Shown piece by piece: positions 53,501-64,000 of a stretch of DNA of 64,000 nucleotides; position 1 is the stretch's first letter; each line of letters opens with the position of its first letter. A model generated the notes under the pieces. That model searched no databases. It worked only from the letters and a program-made list of their open reading frames with translations, and was not told the DNA's origin. The stretch lies in the IMG/VR virus record IMGVR_UViG_3300021473_000001; one strand, 5' to 3'. The position numbers and the translations under genes are program-made. This stretch comes from an uncultured virus (IMG/VR IMGVR_UViG_3300021473_000001) (taxonomy: Duplodnaviria > Heunggongvirae > Uroviricota > Caudoviricetes).

Positions 53501-56500
53501 TGATAATGAACTGAAAAACTTGAATATTGCTTCTGGAGGTATCAATGCAGGAGATCCTACCAATGAATCAACTGGAGAAGAAGGTCTACGTAAGGATGTA
53601 TGGATCTTTCATAAATCAGGCATAACAGAATCTGAACAATATGAAGATCCTACTAAATCACAACCTCATGTAACCAGAAGTAGAGTCTTTCTGAATAATG
53701 CAAAGAAGTTCAAGAATAGAAATAATATGGGAGTTATTCTTGTTACTCCTAATAATGAAGAAGCACTAGGACTTAAAGGACTTACTCAATTATCATATAA
53801 GGCCACTGATGCAGAAGCTGCTACAGCTGAATTTAAAGCAATTGTAAGAAATTTAGAAAAAGGTTTTATAGCACAGGTATTTGTTATTACAGAAAAAGAT
53901 AGCGAGGGTAAATCTAAGGATTACTTTGTCAATATAAATGGTGACAAATTAACTGATACACCAATAGGTCCACGTACTGATAGCATTTTAGATAGAGTCA
54001 TCTTTCAAACAATGCCTAGCACTTCATTAATAACTTCTAAAGGTGGCAATAGAGCAAGAACTGGACAGGAAGCACAGTTTGAAGAGAATGCTAAAGCTTG
54101 GGCTGCTAAACGAGTAGACATTTTTAATTATAATGATCAATATAAAATTGAGAAATTTGTTATATCAAGAGGAATTCCTAAACAAAATATAACACTAGTT
54201 GCTGGTAAAACTATATATGAAAAGAATCATGTAGGTGGAATTTTAGTTGATGAAGATAACATAGCAACAAATGTTATATTGATTGCTATTTCATCTGAAG
54301 GAAAAGTTAACCATCAAGGACAGAACATTCCTTTTTCAGATGGAAGACCTGTGTTGCAGGATGGAGATACTCTACAGTTTTTAAACAATAATAAGTTTTC
54401 ATCAAACCAAGCTCTGGCTATTTTTGAAGTAATTCAAAAGTTTACTAATGATATTATTAGTCAAAGTAAAGCTGGTACAAAAATAAAGTTTAACACAGAA
54501 TATACAAATTTTCTAAAGAATGTGTTGTTTTTCAGTACAGTTGCCAAGAATGATTCAAATAATCAATTCTTTGTCAATACATCTGATATGACTATTTCTA
54601 TAGGAAAGAAACCATTTGCCTTAACAAAACTAGCTGAAAACAAAGATGCAATACTTGATCTCATTGGTAAAGCATATCACAATGTCAATGGTAAAACATT
54701 AAAAGATGAATTTAATAATTCTTTTAAAGAGTATTATGTTGAGAATGGTATTTTAAAAAGTGATAGAATATGGTTTAATTATCAAATTTATCTATTGTCA
54801 TCTAAGAATCCTGATGGTACTGTAAGGAATATAGATAATACTCCTCTTACAACTAGTGTTGCCAAACCTACAACATTAGTACCTTATTCATTTGAGCAGA
54901 AATATGCTACAATGGTTGATTTTGATATTCCTGTCAAGGTTGTTAAGAAGGATGTTAAATCTACAACTGTTAGAATTGGAAATTACATACTTGATAATTC
55001 AGTAAATAATTATCCTCTTGCGAATAATAAGTCTTTGGATTTTAAAGGAACTGTTGAAAATGGAAAAATTGAAGTTGAGATTATTGATAATGATAAACTT
55101 AAAGAACTTATTGATACTCCTGCTACTGTAAGAATAGCTATTACAACATTAGACAAAGAAGGTGAAGATGTATCTGGAGCGTCAGATATGACTAAACCAC
55201 AAGTTGAAAGAGATGTTATTATTAAGAAGCTTGTTAAACAGTTCATGAAGAACTATATTGAGGCCAATTTAATTATATTACAAAAAGAGAAAGCAGCTAA
55301 ACCAGAAGAAAAAGTAAAACAACCAGAACAAAAAGTAGAAAGTACAATTGATCTTGCACTTGTTGAAACATTTATAAATAGTTTAGGAACAGTAATATCT
55401 ACAAGAGGTGTTAAAGCATTGTTGGCAACTATGAAAGATGGTACTGTTACAGAAGTTAATGTAAAAAAGGAATTAAAGATTACAAGTAATATAGCAGAAA
55501 TTACAAAAAAGATCAATGCATATTTAGCTACATTTTCTCAACCAGAAGTTAAAGAAGAAGTTAAAGAAGAAGTCAAACAGAAAATTTCTGAAAAACCTAT
55601 TGTATCAACTGAGGTTGCCTTACTTAAGGTTCTTAAAGATTTTGTAGATGATGAATATACACCTACTCAAATTAATCAATTACTTGCATCAGTGATGCCT
55701 AATGGTAAAGTTGATCCTGAAGAGATTATAACTATTCTTCCCGATGTTGAAGGATTATCAACTGCAAAGTATCTATCTGAAGAGATATTTAAAGCACTTC
55801 CCCATCTTACACCTACGAAAACATCTAAGATTACAGGAAAAGTAACAAGAGATAAAGATAGTAAACCTGATAGTGAATTTAGAAAAGTAGGAACCCTTGA
55901 AGCTGGTAAACAAAGGTTAACAGATAAAGAACTTGAACTATTTAAGCAATGGATGGCAGCATATCTTCCTAATATGCCATATCAAGTCTTGGACAATATC
56001 ATCAATACCGTTGATGATGAGGAAGCCTGGGGTGTATTTGAAAATGGTGTCATAAAGTTCTATAAAAAATCAATCAGAGGAACTGAATATCATGAAGTAG
56101 GAGAAGGTATTTGGAAAGCTTTTCTTACTCCTGAGGAACGACAAGCTTTGATTGATGAATTTAGAAACAGTGCAGGATCTTTTGTAGATAGACAGAGTGG
56201 TAAGACTTATAAAAAAGATGATCCTCAGGTTAGTGATTTCATGATCAAAGAAAGAATTATGGATGACTTTGCTGAGTTTCAACTTGGTAAACTTCCTGCA
56301 AGATCTTTGGGAGAAAGAGTTCTTAGATTCTTTAGAGCTATAATAGATTTTTTTAAAACCTTTGGTAAAGACCCTTCATTAAAGACCAGTCTGTTTGAAG
56401 CAATTAATACAGGTGAATTTAAGAATAGAGTTATATCTGAGAAAACAAAATTAGAAACTGCTGAATATAGTAAAGTAGAAAATATGTCAGATACTGCTGT

Positions 56501-59500
56501 AGCTCAGTATGTCCAGGATATGACCATACGTGCTATCCAAGCTATCTTTGGCAGTAACAATAAGAAAGCATTGTTTGATCCAGAAAAAGTTACTGGTCAG
56601 CAAATATATGATGTAATTAAGGAACAATACATTGATGATGAAATATATTATGAGGAACTTACTCCTGCTAGATTCAAACAGATCTTTCTTAGAACTAAAG
56701 ATATCATTCGTACATTAGGAATAAATCTTAATGAGGAAAACTTTACAGATATAAACGATGGTGGTACAGAGAATAGAAGTTATGCTCCAGAACCATTTAG
56801 TACAGATTGGAAAACCTATTCTCCCTATGCTATTAGAATTGTGAGTGCTACGCTTCCTCAAGCTGAAGCATTAAATCAGGAAGGTGATAAACCGATGAAT
56901 CTTCCTAAACTGCTAAGATCAAGTATAGCAGATGGTTATCTTATAAATAATTTTAGTAAAGTGTTTGCAACACTGTTAGATAGATTTTCAAACACTTCAA
57001 GTGTAAAACGAGTTACCCAAAAATTAGAAGCACTGGCAAGAAAAGATTCAAATTATATCAGATTATTTACACGTTTAGGTGGAGATTTAAAGAGTGGTAC
57101 TATTCCTTTTCAGGATTTTAAAGCAGAAGATTGGAGACTATTTGTTAATTTCTATCAAACTTTTACTAAGCAACATCCTGAGGCTCTTATACAATTTGTT
57201 AGTGATGGTGATGTATATACAGCTCGTGCTGATCAATTTCGTGCTTCTAAGCAAATCCAACAGCGATGGTTTGAAATGATGAAGAGTATTGCTGCAGAAC
57301 CTACTTCCATACTTACAAGAGTAAAAGCTGTATACAAGGTTAAAAAACTTGATGCAAAAATTAATCCTCTTGCGAATGGAACTTTTGATGTAGTAGATTA
57401 TGCTGGCGATGTCTTTAATTATAAGACAGAGAAAGAAGCAAAAGCTGCTGCTATCAGATTAAGTTTTCCTGTAAAAACAGCTAACGAGATGATTGACTTT
57501 CTCAATGCTATTGGTATAGGACTTACGTTGCAGGACTACTTTAGAATGAATGCTGATCAGAAAAAAAGTTTTGAAATAGCTACTTCACGGATTAGAGAAT
57601 ATATTCAAAAAGTTCCAGAGATAGGATCTATCAAGGGTAAAATTTTAGGAATCAATGGTCCTCTTAATATCTTAGCTAACATATGGGTTAATATCAATGA
57701 TCCTCATCAGGAAAACACACACATTAATGTTGATGGTACAGTTAGTCAAAATTATGCTGAGAACAATGTAGCTTCTGTATTTGCTAATGACTTCAATGAA
57801 TCAGGTAGTCGTGATAAACTCATTGAATCAAAACCTGAACTTAATGATGTATTCTCAAGGAATAGCATTGTTCTGAAAAAAGGAGGATTGTTCTTTAATG
57901 AAAAAGGTGTTCAGATCAAAGACCTTAATATATCATATATACAGGGTAGAAAAATTGTTGATAAAAATAAAGGAACTAGTATAGCTAAAGTTGGTCTGGG
58001 AGATAGAATAAGTATGGAAATAAACCAGAACTTAAATGGTAACTATTACGTTCTTGTTCCTGCTGATACATCTACGGAATGGATGATCAATCTTGGTAAT
58101 TCTATTCTCTTCTCACAGATACAGAATAAAAAAGCTTCAAAAAGTATTCATTCTACTTTTAGAGGATATCTAACAGATGAGATTGCTCTGGCTCTTGACT
58201 ATGATAATAGGGAGTCTTTAAAAGCTGTTGGTGATAAGGCTAAACAACTTCGTTTCTTCAAGGATATACTTGGTAACTATTCTCCTAAAACACTTGAAGG
58301 TATCAATGCTTTAATCCATGATAATTCTACACAAGTTAAAATTGAAGCATACGTTGATGAACACATCAAAGATATAAATAGTGCTGTTGATCAGTTTATT
58401 AATGATACAGTTAGTGAGACTAAAGAGTTGTTAATCAAAACTGGTCAGATTACATTTGACAATAAAAGTGATACATACAGTTATAAAAATTTAGAGACTA
58501 CAAACTTTCAAGGACTTGATAATAAGATTAATAAACTCAAACTATCTCAAGAAGAATTGAATCAAATTCTAATGTTTGTAAATACAAATTATATAATCAA
58601 CAACATTGAACTTCATAAGATCATGTTTGGTGATCCTTATCAGTTTGATGTTATTGATGGTAGATTAGATGAGACAAAACGTATCAAATCATTCTTATCC
58701 CCAAGACGTACAACATTCAATACTGATGAGTTTAATACATTTTTAAATCAAGAATACAACACTGTAGATGGAATTCATCTTCAAGCTTCTGATTATAATA
58801 CTCCTGGAGAATTAGGTTATCATTTACATAAGAATTATGCTACTACTGTTACAGTGGCAGATATAAAGTTAAAGCATGAGTTTTATCAGAAAGCTTATGA
58901 TGAGACTGATGGTTTTTCTATTATAATGGATAATACATATAGAGAAGTTAAGACTAAGAATGGTCAATGGACTACTAAAGCTGAAATATGGCATCAGTGG
59001 CAAATGGCTTACACAAGACAGAATATACCAGGATATAAATATATCAGTGAAGCGTTAAAAGCTCACGATATACAGCTCTTAAAAAGACCTGAACCTAATT
59101 ATGTCACTGAGGTAATGAAACCTATTGTATCAGGTGTAAAAGCCAATGAAACACAGATCAATCTAGTCTTAGATAAAATGTCTCAGATGCCTGTTTACTT
59201 TAAGATGGTCCAGGGAACCAATCTTGAGAAACTTTATACAAAGATGTGGAAAGAGAGTATTGACTATGTTGTATTTGCAAGTGCCAGAAAGGTAGGAGCT
59301 GAGAATGTACATAGTCTTTATAAGAATGGACAATTTAATGAAGAAGAGTTTGCAGATGATACAATCATCCAAGTACCTTGGAAAGCTTATGGTATTCAAG
59401 TGGAAAATAGTTATGAACATTCGCATGAACAAACCAGAGGATCTCAGATTACTAAAATAGCCAGTCTTGATTTTTTCAACAATGGTGTTGCCAGTTCTCC

Positions 59501-62500
59501 TGAAGCTCAAGCTGAATATGATCGTAATGTAGATTTTCTTAATAAAATACATGAACATGCATATCAAAGATTACTCAAAAAATTAGGAATCATTGATGAA
59601 GGTAAAGGACAATTTAGACTTGAAGATCCTAAAGCTATTTCAGAATCTCTTGAATATGAAATGTTAAGAAGGAAAGTATCTGAAAATGTAAAAGATACTA
59701 TTCGTTTAGATAAGAATGATCAATTTGCAATGCCTTTTGAAGCTTCTCCTGCATATAGACAGATCAGAGATATTCTATATTCAATGATCAACAAAAATCT
59801 AATTTCTTTAAAGACGAGTGGAGGTCCTAAAGTTCAAGTACCTGTTACTCTCTGGGAGAATGCTAAAGAAGGAAGAGGACTTGTTAAAAAGACTAAAACA
59901 GGTTATGAAAAAGTTACCAGGGAAGTATACGAAGCAATGTCTGCTGCAGATAAAAAGAATGTAAGACTTACTAGTGATACTCTTAAATTTTATACCAGAG
60001 AAGATCGTTATTGCGAAGTCTTGTTACCTCACTGGTTTAAAGATAGTTTTAACAAAAAGAGATTTCCTACAGATGAATCTATTCTTAATTATCTGAATAC
60101 ACCAGAAGGACAGAAGATTTTAACAGGTATAGGATTTCGTATTCCTACACAATCCATGTCATCTATTGAAGTGTTTAGGGTTAAAGGGTTCTTAGATAAA
60201 TCTATGGGAGATACTATTGTAGTTCCTTCAGAAATTGTAGCAAAGGCTGGATCTGACTTCGATATTGACAAAATGAACACCTATCTCAAATCAGTCTATG
60301 TTGATGAGAGGGGAGATGTAAAACTTGTTGAATATCAAGGATCTGAAGAAGAAACTAAGAAATTCTTTAGTGATGTATTTTCTCGTACTATTCTATTTGA
60401 TATCAAAAAGATAATGAAATATGATGAGTTTAGAGGTACATTGTTGGATATCTTTAAATTGCTTGAATCATCTGAAACTATTAACATTGAAGACAATATA
60501 GATCTTCTGGAAGATGAAGATTATGATTTTTATGAAAATCATGAAAGGATGATCAATGAAATCATCAATCAAGCTAATGAGCAAGATCTTAAACCATCTG
60601 AATATATCACTGCACAGATTAATCGATTATTAGGAAAAAGGAAAGAGTTAACAGAAGAACTACTTGATGCAGCACTACGAGAAGAGTTTGTTGAAAGTAT
60701 GTATAGAAAATCTTTAGAGAATGGATATTATGATTCTCTGGAGAAATTAATAACTCTTCCTGAAAACTTTGATAGACTTATGGCTCCTGTTGATGATGCT
60801 GGTTTAAAACAGGATGCAGCTGATTTAGATACATGGAGAAATCAATCTGAGTCTGGAATCAAGAATAGACTGCTTAACAGAAACTATATGACTTCTTTAA
60901 GGAACTCATTTGTTATGGCTAAGAAGTGGATTGGTATTGCTGCTGTAAATATTACTGGTCAAAGTCTTACACAGAAGTTTAGAGCATTTATTGATCCAGA
61001 AAGATTCAAAGCTTTAGATGAATCAGATAGAGTTGTATTAGGTGATGGAAAGGTGTTGCTTCCTCACAATACAATTAATGGTTATATATCTATGTCTGGA
61101 ACAAAGACACAAGATGGAAGAGATCAATACATTTCTGATAGACTCTCTGGATATGCTACAGCATTTGTTGATGTAGCTAAAGATCCATACATCATGAAGA
61201 TTATTAGTTCTGATCTTGCACTTGGTACATTTATGTTCTTAGAGAGAATTGGTTGTGGTAAGAATACTGTATTATTTATGAATCAGCCAGTAATTCTCAA
61301 CTATCTGGCACATCTTGATAGTAAAGGATCTAGATTTTTATTTAATAGTAGTGTACAGGATGATTTTCTTAAACTTAACTATCCAACTAGTAAGAAAGCA
61401 TTAGAGAATGCAACTGTTGCTATAAATAGTCTTCAGAGTAATATTGAAAAGTTTGCTGCTAAAGGTTTTGTAGCTAATGATATAGAAAATGCTGAACAGC
61501 GTGTGATCCTTACTGAATTCTTGAAGTATGCTAAAATGGCTGAGTTCAGTTTTGAAATGACTCAAGCCACAAACTATGACACTACGAGGTTTACTAACTC
61601 TGATTCATTCTCAAGGAAGAAGACAAAGACAGAAATAGCAAAGGAGATAAACATATTCTCAGATGTAGAGAATATGATGAAATATAGTCACATAGGTAAA
61701 CAAAAAGAATTGTTAGACTATGCTATGTCAAGTATGGGAGCTATACTTAAACTAGAAGAAAATCGCTTCAAAGAGATTACTAAGAAAGTAATGAGGACTT
61801 ATGAACATATGAAGTACATAAGTGCTGATAGTTTTGATAAAATAGCCAGCAAGGTTAAAGCTTCATTCCTGGATTATATTATACAAATGGACCCCACTCT
61901 TAATTTGCGTGATAAAATTTACGAACTTACAGTGGGACCAAACTCTATAGCTAATCAAATTGAAGCTGCTAAATTAAAATATCCTGATGTTCAGATATTA
62001 CAAGATTTTGAAACTAGAACATCTGAAAGAGCTGATGGAGCTAAAGGTGTACAATTAAAAGTCAATCTCAAGGAAGCATATGATGAGGATATGTACACTG
62101 ACTTCATGAGAGAGTTGAGAGATATAGATCCTGTGTTATATAACAACTTAGTTGATTATGCTCTTCTTCAAGGAACATATCAAACATCTATGAGTTTCAA
62201 AAACATCATTCCTTTGGAAGATTATGCAGCAAAGGTCAAACCTATCATTGATAGATTAAATATTTCTGATGAATTGGAAGCATTTGCAAATGGTGTATTC
62301 CAGAGAGCTAATTGGAAAGATGATGATATTGTTCCAATATTCGTTCCAAAATATTTCGAAGAACATAGTGATGAGGATGATTATGGTAATCTTTTAACTA
62401 ATTATTTCACATACAATCTTCCTAAAATACCAAAGATACCAAAAGGAATTAGTGAAGCAGAAAAACAACAACGTAAAGAAGAAAATCACAAACTCAGTCG

Positions 62501-64000
62501 TGATAGACGTATCATATTGATTAATCCAAAATACAACTTCCTAGAGAGTAAGCATGACTTTATCAAGATCCCAAGGAAGATAGCTATTTCAGATGACAAT
62601 TATATTGACTTCTTAGATAATTGGACTATCACTGGATATGAGTTTGGACAGATGAAGGCCAAAGGTGATCTTTCAATCAAAGAATACTATGGCTATCAGA
62701 AGCTTAGAGATCTCCAAGGAAATCCTGTTGTTGATGCTGAAGGCTCTTTTATCTACAAGCAGGTTAATCTTCTAGGTGATGGTAATCTTACAACAGAATT
62801 CTATCCTGATGATAGAGCATCTGTCATTGACAATGGTACAGCTAAAGTAGGTCAAACTGGTGACGCTATTGATAAAGCTGTAATTGCTAATGTTAATAGC
62901 AAACTTACATACGAATTGGATATTGAACGTAAGATCTCTGAAACGTATGAAGATAATAAAGAAGTTCAAGATAAGTTGAATAAGTTATTAGATTGGGCTA
63001 AAGAAAGTAAAAAAGCAAATGCGTTACTTCCTATAGATTTTCTGGATGATAGTGTTAAACTTCCTATCATAGCATCATTTAAAGAACGATATGATGCATT
63101 GCAAAAAGATACCTATGTTTCTTTTGCAGTAGAGTACAAAAAGATCCATCTCTATGCTAAAAAGGCAGAAATAGTAGATGCTTGGGACGTTTATAATAAT
63201 CAATTAAAAACCAAGTTTAACAATGATGTCTATGTAGCATTTAAGAATGCTATAATCAATAATACAACATCTGTTGCTAAACCTGAACCTGTAGCTACTC
63301 CTACTCCACAACAGTCTGGTCAAAGAGAATATACTCCAGAGAACATCACATCATTGAAATCTAATGAAGTGTTTGTATTTGGTAGTAATGAAGGTACTTC
63401 GAAAGGAGGACCACAAACTCATGGTAAAGGAGCTGCTTTATTAGCTAAACAAAAGTTTGGAGCTATACAGGGACAGGCTAGAGGTTTGCAAGGGCAGTCT
63501 TATGCAGTAGTTACTAAGAAACATTGGGATGTTGAAAAATCATCCACTCTTCAGGAAATATTAGCTGAATTAGAAGAAATGAATCAATTTGCTTATAAAC
63601 ATCCTGATAAAAAGTTGTTGGTTACAAAACTAGGAAGTTCTCTTGCTGGATATAGTATATCTGAAATAAAAAATTTATTTAAAGAACTTAACGAATATGA
63701 AGGTATTGCAGATAATATAATTCTTCCTAAGGAATATGAAGTAAGAGATGAAGTTCCTATTCAAAAGAAAGAAGAAATTCCTTCAGAGCCAGTTGAGACT
63801 GGTATAGCTGGTGATGCTGTATATAGATACTATGGTAGAGAATACTTTATTCACACTTTAGATGGGAAAGCTATTGATGTCGAAGGATATAAGGGTAAGA
63901 ATGTTGACAAGCAGAAATTGATGGATGCTTTCAATAAAGATCCTAACATCGATCCTCAGAATAATAAACCTTTCCAGCAACTACCAGATCTTGGACAAGA
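50544..64000 (+). CDS. giant virion RNA polymerase polyprotein (3' truncated, >4,480 aa)
   Basis: ATG 50544 shares frame with GFRIPTQ and GSDFDIDK (60249-60272), HEVGE (56091) and VFVFGSN (about 63370); absent from the ORF track, consistent with no stop inside the window. Confidence 0.9.
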   Translation, partial: MPIFDNELINNVSNRGAAPETPYLGSPDTLEVNLNLNPVEGSMSTQTDTLSRQGMSIDEMSNTNTPQKAPTFNSPMEVIPRSELLANQKYPIYQRGVDLENIYGLQQSWTSKLGNGVVKMAATGIGTFAQSFATIPNTISAIQNGKFSELSGDPDGFEGSIDNWLKNIENKFPNYYTRYEKLHPFKSAVPFTEGSANFWGDMVIKNLGFTIGAIGGALAQDAIIGALTSGIGTPATISSQVGKASLYLNKLFTGTNDVEKALEVGANLAKGTQQLLTVQRLGEMAAVVKVGSALRWGLNIYGSARTEAGVEARDGYRQIKENLVQQYQLEHPGEDMTPEELQEIENYATDGMNTRFGINMALLTVSNAIQFDNLFRAFNKVSPKTITGTLSKKIADAGKIGLVKDSIDTFEKKVATTVGGKLWDTVKPALPTMFSEGVYEEGGQYAAERGTYNYYTRKYKDLKDPNNRTNWDSVNETVNSTLTGLADQFGTTEGIQNMFIGAITAMITGAGMSVIDRMAGKSPSKRLDATVNMLNQHGLTGTLGDKYTDTLTTVGITKDMEDAVKTGDIYKYKNLKQDLFFSYVTSRIPSGMHDITIDQLNMLKDLKKEDFEQTFGMDFNQSSKKSVDSYVDSLINEANNIKKTVDSLNATFINPFNYDVKAESGSLAWIENQKYNTFNSWKTDLAYYASVAPNNKSRIESIGQELIKVDPLLNTEILSKVMNAESLKDLIKDYEEQAKQLDEAIALTTIYKDKKVLIKKSEAFRSMAQRIGLALEKDHDVESFTKILNFELNNQDATQPPVISTDKALDLMIYGKDINRLNYQRETASDIYDKLSNSEGLDKYFEQALKMAQEVPEEEAEVVPIKHVFKNRAGEDEELSLDREYEAEKPKEVKPVKSGQQWKVTNPITGVALVYPTKEDAQDAANDINEKATAASKVKIIKLNPDGTVKVEDQDGIIRDISLDKLKGFAKIQTEQEKLMKDKESIDNELKNLNIASGGINAGDPTNESTGEEGLRKDVWIFHKSGITESEQYEDPTKSQPHVTRSRVFLNNAKKFKNRNNMGVILVTPNNEEALGLKGLTQLSYKATDAEAATAEFKAIVRNLEKGFIAQVFVITEKDSEGKSKDYFVNINGDKLTDTPIGPRTDSILDRVIFQTMPSTSLITSKGGNRARTGQEAQFEENAKAWAAKRVDIFNYNDQYKIEKFVISRGIPKQNITLVAGKTIYEKNHVGGILVDEDNIATNVILIAISSEGKVNHQGQNIPFSDGRPVLQDGDTLQFLNNNKFSSNQALAIFEVIQKFTNDIISQSKAGTKIKFNTEYTNFLKNVLFFSTVAKNDSNNQFFVNTSDMTISIGKKPFALTKLAENKDAILDLIGKAYHNVNGKTLKDEFNNSFKEYYVENGILKSDRIWFNYQIYLLSSKNPDGTVRNIDNTPLTTSVAKPTTLVPYSFEQKYATMVDFDIPVKVVKKDVKSTTVRIGNYILDNSVNNYPLANNKSLDFKGTVENGKIEVEIIDNDKLKELIDTPATVRIAITTLDKEGEDVSGASDMTKPQVERDVIIKKLVKQFMKNYIEANLIILQKEKAAKPEEKVKQPEQKVESTIDLALVETFINSLGTVISTRGVKALLATMKDGTVTEVNVKKELKITSNIAEITKKINAYLATFSQPEVKEEVKEEVKQKISEKPIVSTEVALLKVLKDFVDDEYTPTQINQLLASVMPNGKVDPEEIITILPDVEGLSTAKYLSEEIFKALPHLTPTKTSKITGKVTRDKDSKPDSEFRKVGTLEAGKQRLTDKELELFKQWMAAYLPNMPYQVLDNIINTVDDEEAWGVFENGVIKFYKKSIRGTEYHEVGEGIWKAFLTPEERQALIDEFRNSAGSFVDRQSGKTYKKDDPQVSDFMIKERIMDDFAEFQLGKLPARSLGERVLRFFRAIIDFFKTFGKDPSLKTSLFEAINTGEFKNRVISEKTKLETAEYSKVENMSDTAVAQYVQDMTIRAIQAIFGSNNKKALFDPEKVTGQQIYDVIKEQYIDDEIYYEELTPARFKQIFLRTKDIIRTLGINLNEENFTDINDGGTENRSYAPEPFSTDWKTYSPYAIRIVSATLPQAEALNQEGDKPMNLPKLLRSSIADGYLINNFSKVFATLLDRFSNTSSVKRVTQKLEALARKDSNYIRLFTRLGGDLKSGTIPFQDFKAEDWRLFVNFYQTFTKQHPEALIQFVSDGDVYTARADQFRASKQIQQRWFEMMKSIAAEPTSILTRVKAVYKVKKLDAKINPLANGTFDVVDYAGDVFNYKTEKEAKAAAIRLSFPVKTANEMIDFLNAIGIGLTLQDYFRMNADQKKSFEIATSRIREYIQKVPEIGSIKGKILGINGPLNILANIWVNINDPHQENTHINVDGTVSQNYAENNVASVFANDFNESGSRDKLIESKPELNDVFSRNSIVLKKGGLFFNEKGVQIKDLNISYIQGRKIVDKNKGTSIAKVGLGDRISMEINQNLNGNYYVLVPADTSTEWMINLGNSILFSQIQNKKASKSIHSTFRGYLTDEIALALDYDNRESLKAVGDKAKQLRFFKDILGNYSPKTLEGINALIHDNSTQVKIEAYVDEHIKDINSAVDQFINDTVSETKELLIKTGQITFDNKSDTYSYKNLETTNFQGLDNKINKLKLSQEELNQILMFVNTNYIINNIELHKIMFGDPYQFDVIDGRLDETKRIKSFLSPRRTTFNTDEFNTFLNQEYNTVDGIHLQASDYNTPGELGYHLHKNYATTVTVADIKLKHEFYQKAYDETDGFSIIMDNTYREVKTKNGQWTTKAEIWHQWQMAYTRQNIPGYKYISEALKAHDIQLLKRPEPNYVTEVMKPIVSGVKANETQINLVLDKMSQMPVYFKMVQGTNLEKLYTKMWKESIDYVVFASARKVGAENVHSLYKNGQFNEEEFADDTIIQVPWKAYGIQVENSYEHSHEQTRGSQITKIASLDFFNNGVASSPEAQAEYDRNVDFLNKIHEHAYQRLLKKLGIIDEGKGQFRLEDPKAISESLEYEMLRRKVSENVKDTIRLDKNDQFAMPFEASPAYRQIRDILYSMINKNLISLKTSGGPKVQVPVTLWENAKEGRGLVKKTKTGYEKVTREVYEAMSAADKKNVRLTSDTLKFYTREDRYCEVLLPHWFKDSFNKKRFPTDESILNYLNTPEGQKILTGIGFRIPTQSMSSIEVFRVKGFLDKSMGDTIVVPSEIVAKAGSDFDIDKMNTYLKSVYVDERGDVKLVEYQGSEEETKKFFSDVFSRTILFDIKKIMKYDEFRGTLLDIFKLLESSETINIEDNIDLLEDEDYDFYENHERMINEIINQANEQDLKPSEYITAQINRLLGKRKELTEELLDAALREEFVESMYRKSLENGYYDSLEKLITLPENFDRLMAPVDDAGLKQDAADLDTWRNQSESGIKNRLLNRNYMTSLRNSFVMAKKWIGIAAVNITGQSLTQKFRAFIDPERFKALDESDRVVLGDGKVLLPHNTINGYISMSGTKTQDGRDQYISDRLSGYATAFVDVAKDPYIMKIISSDLALGTFMFLERIGCGKNTVLFMNQPVILNYLAHLDSKGSRFLFNSSVQDDFLKLNYPTSKKALENATVAINSLQSNIEKFAAKGFVANDIENAEQRVILTEFLKYAKMAEFSFEMTQATNYDTTRFTNSDSFSRKKTKTEIAKEINIFSDVENMMKYSHIGKQKELLDYAMSSMGAILKLEENRFKEITKKVMRTYEHMKYISADSFDKIASKVKASFLDYIIQMDPTLNLRDKIYELTVGPNSIANQIEAAKLKYPDVQILQDFETRTSERADGAKGVQLKVNLKEAYDEDMYTDFMRELRDIDPVLYNNLVDYALLQGTYQTSMSFKNIIPLEDYAAKVKPIIDRLNISDELEAFANGVFQRANWKDDDIVPIFVPKYFEEHSDEDDYGNLLTNYFTYNLPKIPKIPKGISEAEKQQRKEENHKLSRDRRIILINPKYNFLESKHDFIKIPRKIAISDDNYIDFLDNWTITGYEFGQMKAKGDLSIKEYYGYQKLRDLQGNPVVDAEGSFIYKQVNLLGDGNLTTEFYPDDRASVIDNGTAKVGQTGDAIDKAVIANVNSKLTYELDIERKISETYEDNKEVQDKLNKLLDWAKESKKANALLPIDFLDDSVKLPIIASFKERYDALQKDTYVSFAVEYKKIHLYAKKAEIVDAWDVYNNQLKTKFNNDVYVAFKNAIINNTTSVAKPEPVATPTPQQSGQREYTPENITSLKSNEVFVFGSNEGTSKGGPQTHGKGAALLAKQKFGAIQGQARGLQGQSYAVVTKKHWDVEKSSTLQEILAELEEMNQFAYKHPDKKLLVTKLGSSLAGYSISEIKNLFKELNEYEGIADNIILPKEYEVRDEVPIQKKEEIPSEPVETGIAGDAVYRYYGREYFIHTLDGKAIDVEGYKGKNVDKQKLMDAFNKDPNIDPQNNKPFQQLPDLGQ

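Overview
This is a 64-kb fragment of a crAss-like phage (Crassvirales), AT-rich, read with the standard genetic code, with a probable Bacteroidota host. Two arms diverge at about 13.6 kb. The left arm (minus strand, 1-13.5 kb) carries many small early/accessory genes, a family-B DNA polymerase, a GH73-like muramidase, a macrodomain, a Csx16/Csx20-like protein, two attC-like gene cassettes and dense clusters of structured RNAs, including an aberrant tRNA and a twister-like ribozyme. The right arm (plus strand) runs TerL, portal, scaffold, major capsid protein, ring/auxiliary structural genes, (Thr-Ser)n-rich fibre/decoration genes, a split muzzle/stabilisation gene, GG-motif cargo polyproteins and a >4,480-codon virion RNA polymerase (GSDFDIDK) that runs off the window. 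Five free-standing homing endonucleases are present. The best candidates for new biology are: (1) a repeated pairing of a C-terminal Cys tag with an N-terminal Cys-bearing domain in the next gene, on (TS)n tethers, which appears to rejoin split virion proteins; (2) cargo polyproteins built from swappable domains delimited by xxGG motifs; (3) integron-like cassettes in a phage; (4) the ncRNA clusters. All family assignments are motif recognition by eye, with no database searches.
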